In this document: positions 53,401 to 59,509 of the stretch, piece after piece
Numbering within the stretch: the stretch's first letter is position 1
Layout of the letters: every line of letters begins with the position of its first letter
NCBI GenBank assembly: GCA_031429315.1
Contig: JANOZJ010000401.1
Coordinates: 4,658 to 68,657, forward strand
Direction: 5' to 3'
Source of the DNA: Akkermansiaceae bacterium
GTDB lineage: Bacteria > Verrucomicrobiota > Verrucomicrobiia > Verrucomicrobiales > Akkermansiaceae
DNA: 64,000 nucleotides
Made by a program: the position numbers and the translations under genes
The notes under the pieces: generated by a model
The model's database searches: none
What the model was told of the DNA's origin: nothing
What the model saw: the letters and a program-made list of their open reading frames with translations, nothing else

Positions 53401-55374
53401 GGTCTGGAAATAAGGCAGACCGCCGGGGCATTCTATCGGGCGATCAATGTGGGCGGCCCGGCGCTGGCCGTTGATGGCGACAATTGGGATGGCGAAGGAG
53501 CACCTAACTACACATTCAATGGAGGTTCCCCCGCTTTCACGCTCAAGGATGCGTTGAACAATCCCGTGCCTGCTTCGATTGGCTACGATCTCGTCAGCCG
53601 GGTGGCAACACTGCAACCCTTGGCTCAGTTAGATTACTCCACGATCTATACCGCAACCCTCACTGGCGGAACGGCCGGGGTGACCGACCTCGCTGGAAAC
53701 AAGCTCGCCGGGGATGCGCAGTGGACGTTCACCACCGTGGCGGCGGTGCCTGCGGCACCCGCCGGCCTGGCCGCAAGCGCGGTGTCTGGAACCCAGATCA
53801 ATCTGGCGTGGGTGGACAGCGCATCCAACGAAACCGGCTTCAGGATCGAGCGGAAAACCGGCGCGGGCGGCACCTACGCGCAGATCGCTGCAGTGGGCGT
53901 GAATGTCACCACCTACGCCGACAGCGGTGTCACCTCGGGCACCATGTATTTCTACCGGGTGCGCGCCACCAATGGCGGCGGGGATTCCGCTTATTCACCG
54001 GAGGCAAGTGCAACCCCGTTCAGTTCGGCATTCCGCGCCGCTGCATCCAATTCCGCTGCATCCGGAGTTCTCTCGTTGAGCGTCAACAAACCCGCAGGCA
54101 CCTTGCAGGGGGATGTGATGGTGGCCTCCATCGCCGTTTGTGCGAGTGTTCCCACGATGACCGCTCCCTCTGGCTGGACGCTCGCGCGGCGGATGGATAA
54201 CACGACCGCCACCGCCAGCGACAACTCGCTTGCGGTCTATTTCAAGGTGGCCGGTGCCAGCGAGCCGGCGAGCTACACTTGGACCTTCAGCGATTCAGCC
54301 GGGTCGGCCGGTGGCATTCAGTCTTTCTCAGGAATCGACACGGCAAACCCGCTGGATGTGGAGGCCGGGCAGAACACCGGCAGTCCCAGTTCTGCGGATC
54401 TCGAGGCACCCGCTGTCACCACGCAATTCACGTACGACATGCTCGTCACCTCGCATGCCTTTTCTAGCAGCGCGACATTCGCACCGCCGGCCGGGATGCT
54501 GGAAGCCTTCGATATTTCCAGCGCCGCCAGCCCATCCGACGACGGCGAATCACTCGCGGGCAACTATCAGTTGCTGGCAGCAGCCGGTGCCACGGGAACG
54601 CGCACGGCATCGGCATCCAACAATGCGGATCGCGGCAACGCCCACACGCTCGCGCTGAAGGCGAGTCCAACTGCGGCCAACACTGCCCCGGTGGCCAACG
54701 CGCAGGCGGTGTTAGTCGCGCAGGACGGCACGCTGGCCATCACCTTGACTGGCAGCGACGCCGACGGCAACAGCCTGATTTTTGCGGTAGCCACGGCGGC
54801 GCACGGGACGGTGAGCCTGGCCGGCGCGGTGGCGACCTACACGCCCGCAGCGGGCTATCACGGCCCCGACAGTTTCAGCTTCACCGTCAACGACGGGACG
54901 GCCGTTTCAGCGCCCGCAACGGTCTCGATCACGGTCGGTGATGATTTCGCGGATTGGCTTGCCGAGAATGGCCTTGTTGCCCCCGCTGAAACGGATCCGG
55001 ACGACGATTCGGTCCACAATGCCGTGGAATATGTGGTCGGAGGCCACCCCGCCACCGGCATGGATGCCAATCTCCTGCCGACAATCTCTACGTTGGTGGC
55101 GCTTCCGGGCGGAAACCCCCAAGATCTCGACCACGTCCGCTTCACCTATCGCCGGACGGACCGGGCAAACAACAACCCGGCGGCGACCATCGACGTCGAA
55201 TGGAGCACCAGTTTGGTGGGTCCGTGGACGGATGCGGCACCGGGTATCGTGATCGATGTGATAAACGATGGATTCGGCGTCGGCGTGGATCGTGTGGATG
55301 TTTACTTGCCGTGTTCTCTTGCCGTGGATGGCAAGCTCTTCGTCCGGTTAGAAGTTGCCATCACTCCGCCATGA
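50410..55374 (+). CDS. Paralog of 41555-46486: DUF6605-like, Ig, LamG, Big_5 (with malectin-like insert), Fn3, beta-sandwich, Big_9-like, conserved C-terminal domain
   Basis: N-terminal ~590 aa nearly identical to the paralog. LamG QWVHLTGTYDG..RLYVNG..IDDFQMYNRALS. Big_5 SP.DGA.NV..FNEAM ... DLAGN.L..WTFTT. Confidence 0.8.
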   Translation: MHPLCCHSFRLLFLCLVILCLGSLGRLGASIASENALLGNLSSEWDVNGIGDPSIQGFATDFSVNRGTTVEFKINTTASAYHIDIYRLGYYGGLGARKVATINPSASLPQTQPAFVSDSATGLVDCGNWAVSASWAVPADATSGVYIARPVRADNSGASHIIFIVRDDAGASDFLFQTADTTWQAYNNYGGINLYRYGNVPPFRAYKVSYNRPFNNRGATQYAERESFLFSAEYPMIRWMEANGYEVSYASGMDTDRRGSAALLTHKVFLSVGHDEYWSGQQRTNIESARAGGVHLGFFSGNDMYWKTRWENSIAGPSTANRTLVCYKETRSNAKIDPSPEWTGTWRDPRFSPPSDGGRPENAVTGQFFTVDAFRNDPMTISSSEGKARFWRNTGIDTLATGQTAQLPAGVLGFEWNEVRDNGFLPPGLFRLSTTTFAVNAYLQDYGSIFSPATATHSMTLYRHASGALVFGAGTIQWSWGLDATHDFAGTPVDVRMQQATVNLFADMDTQSATLQPGLVAATASTDTLAPTSVILMPPGGTVRAGSVVTTIGTASDAGGGNPAGVEFSYDGGTTWHLASGAAHWSATWTAGAQGLATLKSRAVDDSGRIESPGPGITIAVGPPPAGQIVNLNFGESTGTTATDISGNGNHGAMLNGAGWTVGKVGSGLGVDGLNDIVRLENSTSLNTATTGVTVAAWLYRESNQTGWATVASRQLGTAHMEPYFLGISNDGKYRWFVNTVGAGYSSTALGDAAVLGQWVHLTGTYDGANVRLYVNGVQQYATAHSGQLADALGGPLTLGASFNDASGVPVEILLGRIDDFQMYNRALSLSEVQSLYAGTPLPPNLDTTPPVVTVVSPLDGASNVNRGTSVTAQFNEAMAPWTVASSNYTYPYPNGGFSFQPLADTARQNMLRDFKMGNDLQFTVSQVPNGNYDVYVWTFEDNSSLTATLSVEGAFVNNYTSGPAGRWDRLGPFPVTVADGDIQVRSECANDLAFVSGLEIRQTAGAFYRAINVGGPALAVDGDNWDGEGAPNYTFNGGSPAFTLKDALNNPVPASIGYDLVSRVATLQPLAQLDYSTIYTATLTGGTAGVTDLAGNKLAGDAQWTFTTVAAVPAAPAGLAASAVSGTQINLAWVDSASNETGFRIERKTGAGGTYAQIAAVGVNVTTYADSGVTSGTMYFYRVRATNGGGDSAYSPEASATPFSSAFRAAASNSAASGVLSLSVNKPAGTLQGDVMVASIAVCASVPTMTAPSGWTLARRMDNTTATASDNSLAVYFKVAGASEPASYTWTFSDSAGSAGGIQSFSGIDTANPLDVEAGQNTGSPSSADLEAPAVTTQFTYDMLVTSHAFSSSATFAPPAGMLEAFDISSAASPSDDGESLAGNYQLLAAAGATGTRTASASNNADRGNAHTLALKASPTAANTAPVANAQAVLVAQDGTLAITLTGSDADGNSLIFAVATAAHGTVSLAGAVATYTPAAGYHGPDSFSFTVNDGTAVSAPATVSITVGDDFADWLAENGLVAPAETDPDDDSVHNAVEYVVGGHPATGMDANLLPTISTLVALPGGNPQDLDHVRFTYRRTDRANNNPAATIDVEWSTSLVGPWTDAAPGIVIDVINDGFGVGVDRVDVYLPCSLAVDGKLFVRLEVAITPP
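50498..52262 (+). repeat. ~1.75 kb near-identical duplication (copy 2)
   Basis: Matches 41677-43440. Confidence 0.85.
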
Positions 55375-55492
55375 AGAGTTTTTCCGTGCGATTCATGCCC
55401 GGCTATGCGTGTCGCCCCCCATTTGAACGACTTTAAGACTTGCCGCCGCCTAGTCGCCGCGCGATTTTCCATCCTAACCCCATCCCACAACC

Positions 55493-56404
55493 ATGAGCTC
55501 CGTCCCCCAACAAACCGACGACCAAAAACTGCGCGAGACCTTGAAGGAAAATCCAACCGACTGGGAGACTCGCAAGCAACTGGCCCACCTCCTCTACGAT
55601 CAGGGATCCTTCCTTGAGGCCGCAGACGTCGTTTGGGCGATCGAGGAGCTTCCGAGTATCGACGTCGAGCTCGCCTTCGCCGCACGGATCCTCGCCAAGG
55701 CCAGTCCCCGCAAGGCGATCCGGCTGCTCACCGCCCTGCTGGAGCACAACCGCGGCAAGGCGGTGCAGAATCTCGGCCTCGCCAACGCCCTGCTCCACCA
55801 CGGCATGGTGCTGCAGGCCGCGCGCTTTTACGGCGCGGCCCTCGAGGCCGATCCCTCGCTCGGCAATCCGGATTTCGAGCACTTCATCCTCTGGACCGAC
55901 GACGAGGAAGCCCTCTGGGGAAATTTCCAGAACCGCCGTCCGATCCTCGGCGAGCTCCCGTGGATGAAGCGCGACCCGCTGGAGGCCATGAAACTCACCA
56001 GCCGCATCAAGACTCACACCACTCCCATCAAACTGCCGAGTCTCAAACCCGCCGCTGGCGAGGAGTTGTACAACGAACTCTATCAACAAAAACCGGAAAA
56101 AGGCGCCGACCCCAGTCCGCCGCCCGCCGTGACGATTCCGCTCGACCGGGTCGAGCCGAAGTACCGCCTCTTCGACGACGAACTCGGCGCACCAACCGGA
56201 CCGGAACTGCCTGGGCTGAAAGCCGCCGCAGCGGGCAAGGAACTTGCCACCCCCGATTTTGCCGCCGCTGGCGCATCTATCAAGCCGCCGGCCCCACCGA
56301 TGAGGACCGTTCCTCCGCCCACCATCCCGCTCAATGTCCCAACTCCGACGAGCGGCCCCAAGCCCACGCTGCCGCCGTTGAATAAGCCCGGCGTGCCGAA
56401 GTGA
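55493..56404 (+). CDS. Hypothetical protein, TPR-like N-terminus with Pro-rich tail
   Basis: LKENPTDWETRKQLAHLLYDQG and LGLANALLHHG..QAARFYGAALEADP resemble TPR helices. The C-terminus is low-complexity and Pro-rich. Confidence 0.7.
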   Translation: MSSVPQQTDDQKLRETLKENPTDWETRKQLAHLLYDQGSFLEAADVVWAIEELPSIDVELAFAARILAKASPRKAIRLLTALLEHNRGKAVQNLGLANALLHHGMVLQAARFYGAALEADPSLGNPDFEHFILWTDDEEALWGNFQNRRPILGELPWMKRDPLEAMKLTSRIKTHTTPIKLPSLKPAAGEELYNELYQQKPEKGADPSPPPAVTIPLDRVEPKYRLFDDELGAPTGPELPGLKAAAAGKELATPDFAAAGASIKPPAPPMRTVPPPTIPLNVPTPTSGPKPTLPPLNKPGVPK

Positions 56405-56467
56405 TCGGTGGAGCCGGGCGATCCGTCCAGTTCTCCGGACGATTTTCCGTGCCACTCCGATACCGAC

Positions 56468-56495
56468 GACATAATTAACACCTGTTAATTATGTC
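56468..56495. promoter_or_regulatory. Perfect 13-bp inverted repeat overlapping the start codon at 56491
   Basis: GACATAATTAACA-CC-TGTTAATTATGTC. AT-rich within a GC-rich background. Confidence 0.55.
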
Positions 56496-59064
56496 CGCAA
56501 AAGAACAACAAGCTTGGTATTACGCTTCGGCAAACGGTGAGCGGCTGGGACCGGTCTCGATTGAAGACCTGACTTCCTTGGCTGGCCAAGGGGTGGTGGG
56601 GTCCAAAACCTTGGTTTGGAGTCCGGGATATCGTGACTGGATCCCCGCCGCGGAAATCCCGGATTTTCTCAACAAGGTGCCGGTGGCTCCGTTGCCGGTT
56701 TCCTCCGCAAGGCCGATGGAAGCGGCATCGCCTTCCACACCGCCTCAGGACCTCAAGCCGCAGAAAGGATCGTTCGTTTTTCCACGCATCATCGTGGGGT
56801 TGATCGCCTCCGGCGTGATCGGCGGGGTGACCGCCGGCGTGTTGGCGATCGTGGAAAAATCGCCGTGGCCCGGGCTGGCGGTGTTCGCCGCAGGGAGCGC
56901 CCTCAGTGTCATCGCAAGTCTCGCGGTCTACCGCAAGGAACGCTATCAGCTCCACGATTCCCGCGTCATCTGTCACCGCGGCGGCCTGTTGAGCGACCAG
57001 ACCACCGAGTTCGAGATCCGCAACATCACCCATGTGAAGCTCAAGCTGCCGTGGCTGCGCCACAAGTTTTTCGGCGTCGGGAACGTCATCGTGGAAACCG
57101 CAGGAACCTCCAAGCCGGTGGTGTTGCGCGTCATCCCGGAACCGGAGGCCGTCTATGCCGGGCTGCGCGAGCGGATGAGGAAAAACGGCTACGACCTCAC
57201 CCAGCAACAGCTTCTCCACGAGGAAAAGCCGGCGCTCATCGGGATTCTCGCGGAATGCTTCGGCCTGCTCGTGGGAGCCACCTTGGCCGGAATGTTCATC
57301 CTGTCCGCCATCGCCGGAGGAACGGAAGGAACCGCGCCGCCCGCTCCGGAACTTGCTCTCAGGGGGCTGCCCGGACTCGCGGTCTTCGTCGTGCTACTCG
57401 CCATCGTCATCGTCCGATTCCTCGACCTCCGGCGGCGAACCTACCGCGTTTTCAATGACGTCGTCGTCTATGACGAAGGATTCCTCACCCGCGAGAATTC
57501 CTTTATTCCTTACGAAAACATCGCCGACTCGAACACCAAGTGCTCCTTATTTGACCGGATCTTGGGCCTCTATGACCTGCAGGTGAGCTGCCAGGGAAGT
57601 AGCCAGGAAATCAAATTCCGCCGTCTCCGGCATGGAGTCGCCCTCTCGGCGGCGATCGCCCAACTCGTCGTCCTCGCCCGCCAGAAGCAGAAATCGGCCG
57701 CCCGGTCCGCAGCCGGAGAAACGGCACTTGCCTCCCAGGATCGTCACCGCCGCGTCGAACCCGAATCGACCCCGATCGGGGAAACCATCGTGGGCGAGTT
57801 CAGGATGAACGCGGCGAGAACGCTGCTGCCGCTGCTGCTCCTGCTCCCGCTCGTTCCCCTCTGGATCGCGGCGATGATCGGTGCCGGAGTGCGGCTGATG
57901 TCCACGCAATACTCCGTGCGCCACGGGTCCGTGCGGCACTCCTACCGCTTTCTCACCCTTCATGATCGCGAGTTTGCCTACGACAAGATCACCGGACTGG
58001 TGATCAAACAAAACCTATGGGACCGCATGTTCGGCACCATGACCCTCAAGTTCTGGTCGATCGGATCAGGAAAACCGCTGGAGTTCGCCCACATCGACGC
58101 CAGCCACCTCAACCTCGCGGCCTTGATGCGGCAGGTCGGCATTCCCGCCCCGTCGCCCGAGCCATGCGAGGCGGAAGCGGCGTTCGGAGTTTCCGCCTGG
58201 CTGCGTGCCCGCCTCAATTTCCTTCCCTTGCCGCTGCTCTTCGCCGCCGGGGTCGTCTTCGCCGCCATCCGGATCGGCGATCCCGTCACCTACTACCTGC
58301 TCGCGCTGCCGGTCCTCGTCGTCCTTGGCGCGTGCATTTACTCCAAGCTCTACTATTCCCGCCAACGTCTCCGTTTCCACGACCACCACATCGAGGCAGA
58401 GCAGGGCATCCTCGCCAGACGCCGCTACTATGTCCGCTACGGCAACGTCAAACGAACCATGGTCACCCGCTACCCCGGCGGCGGGGATGGGGATCTGGAG
58501 GTTTTCGTAGCGGCCGAGGAAGAGGTCCTGCCCGCCATCCAGCAAAAGAAAAGCCAGCAGGCGAGCATGAAGCACTGCTCCTTCACCACCGGTTTTCTCT
58601 CCGCCGTTTGCGAAAAGGGCCAGCTTCTCGACGACATCCTCTGCGGCCGGGTCGGTCCCGCCCCGCAAGCCGTCGCCGCCGCTCCCCTCGATGTCCTGCT
58701 GGAAGCCCCGCGCTCCGTGGGCAATGCCCTCCTGAAGCTCATTTTCCTGAGCATCCTGCTGTTCCCCTTGATCGTGCTGCTGCCGCTCACCATTCCCGCC
58801 ACGGTCATCCGGGTGAAACGCTGGCGCTACCGCATCGACGCCGCCCGCATCGTGATGACCTGGGGAACCCTCTACCGCCGTGAAACCAGCATCCTCCTCG
58901 ATCGAATCGACAGCCTTCAACAAAGCCAGGGCCCTCTGAACAAGCTCTTCAGAAACGGCAACGTCAGCATCATGACCGCCGGCAGCAGCAAGCCGGACCT
59001 CAACCTCATCGATTCCCCGGCCTACCTCGCCATGTATGAGGTCATCCGCGAGCGCTCGCGGTGA
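56491..59064 (+). CDS. Membrane protein with N-terminal GYF_2 (DUF4339) domain and about five bacterial PH (bPH_2, YdbS/YdbT-like) domains
   Basis: WYYA..GERLGPVS..L..LVWSPG..DWIPA. Repeated TM-pair then Y.l.......GLL......I..I..v...Q....R.FG.G.v units. Confidence 0.8.
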   Translation: MSAKEQQAWYYASANGERLGPVSIEDLTSLAGQGVVGSKTLVWSPGYRDWIPAAEIPDFLNKVPVAPLPVSSARPMEAASPSTPPQDLKPQKGSFVFPRIIVGLIASGVIGGVTAGVLAIVEKSPWPGLAVFAAGSALSVIASLAVYRKERYQLHDSRVICHRGGLLSDQTTEFEIRNITHVKLKLPWLRHKFFGVGNVIVETAGTSKPVVLRVIPEPEAVYAGLRERMRKNGYDLTQQQLLHEEKPALIGILAECFGLLVGATLAGMFILSAIAGGTEGTAPPAPELALRGLPGLAVFVVLLAIVIVRFLDLRRRTYRVFNDVVVYDEGFLTRENSFIPYENIADSNTKCSLFDRILGLYDLQVSCQGSSQEIKFRRLRHGVALSAAIAQLVVLARQKQKSAARSAAGETALASQDRHRRVEPESTPIGETIVGEFRMNAARTLLPLLLLLPLVPLWIAAMIGAGVRLMSTQYSVRHGSVRHSYRFLTLHDREFAYDKITGLVIKQNLWDRMFGTMTLKFWSIGSGKPLEFAHIDASHLNLAALMRQVGIPAPSPEPCEAEAAFGVSAWLRARLNFLPLPLLFAAGVVFAAIRIGDPVTYYLLALPVLVVLGACIYSKLYYSRQRLRFHDHHIEAEQGILARRRYYVRYGNVKRTMVTRYPGGGDGDLEVFVAAEEEVLPAIQQKKSQQASMKHCSFTTGFLSAVCEKGQLLDDILCGRVGPAPQAVAAAPLDVLLEAPRSVGNALLKLIFLSILLFPLIVLLPLTIPATVIRVKRWRYRIDAARIVMTWGTLYRRETSILLDRIDSLQQSQGPLNKLFRNGNVSIMTAGSSKPDLNLIDSPAYLAMYEVIRERSR

Positions 59065-59080
59065 GGTCGGTAGGGAGCCA

Positions 59081-59214
59081 CAGAACACCTGACCTCGCCC
59101 ATGTTTTAGCGGTGGCGGATGATCCCATACTGAAGAAAGGCGTCGGGCAGAATGCCCGCGCCACCGTGGCCCGGGCACTCTGCCCGGAGCCTTAGGCCGC
59201 GATTTGCTATCACG
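59081..59214. repeat. Partial inverted copy of the 3784-3965 element
   Basis: Reverse complement of ~3831-3965 with a few mismatches. It keeps one 17-bp end repeat and the internal palindrome. Confidence 0.8.
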
Positions 59215-59386
59215 CTCACGACTCCGACCGCCGTGGAAAACCTAACATTAGAATCCTTGGTTTCACGGTCAACAGCCCACTGGAGTTCCGCGAGAACGCG
59301 CCCGGCAGCTCGGGACTCTGCTCGGAATACCATCTGACTGCTTCGTCGAGCCCGGCCAGGCACGCGTCAATGAGTCGCGAGTTCAT
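59215..59386 (-). pseudogene. Frameshifted, truncated RelE/ParE-family toxin remnant
   Basis: MNSRLIDACLAGLDEAVRWYSEQSPELPG continues in another frame as VLAELQWAVDR, like the ParE N-terminus (A..EL.EA..WY..Q...LG..F..E...A..RI). It ends at the repeat element. Confidence 0.55.
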
Positions 59387-59509
59387 TTCACGAACCTCGT
59401 GCGTGGGGCTGGCATTCGCCCGTGGCGGCGGAAAGGCAAAGTTCGGCGGGCAAGCAGGGCTGCGCCTTTGGGCTTTCCTTTTTTCACGAAAGCAGCTCGC
59501 TTGGTGAAA

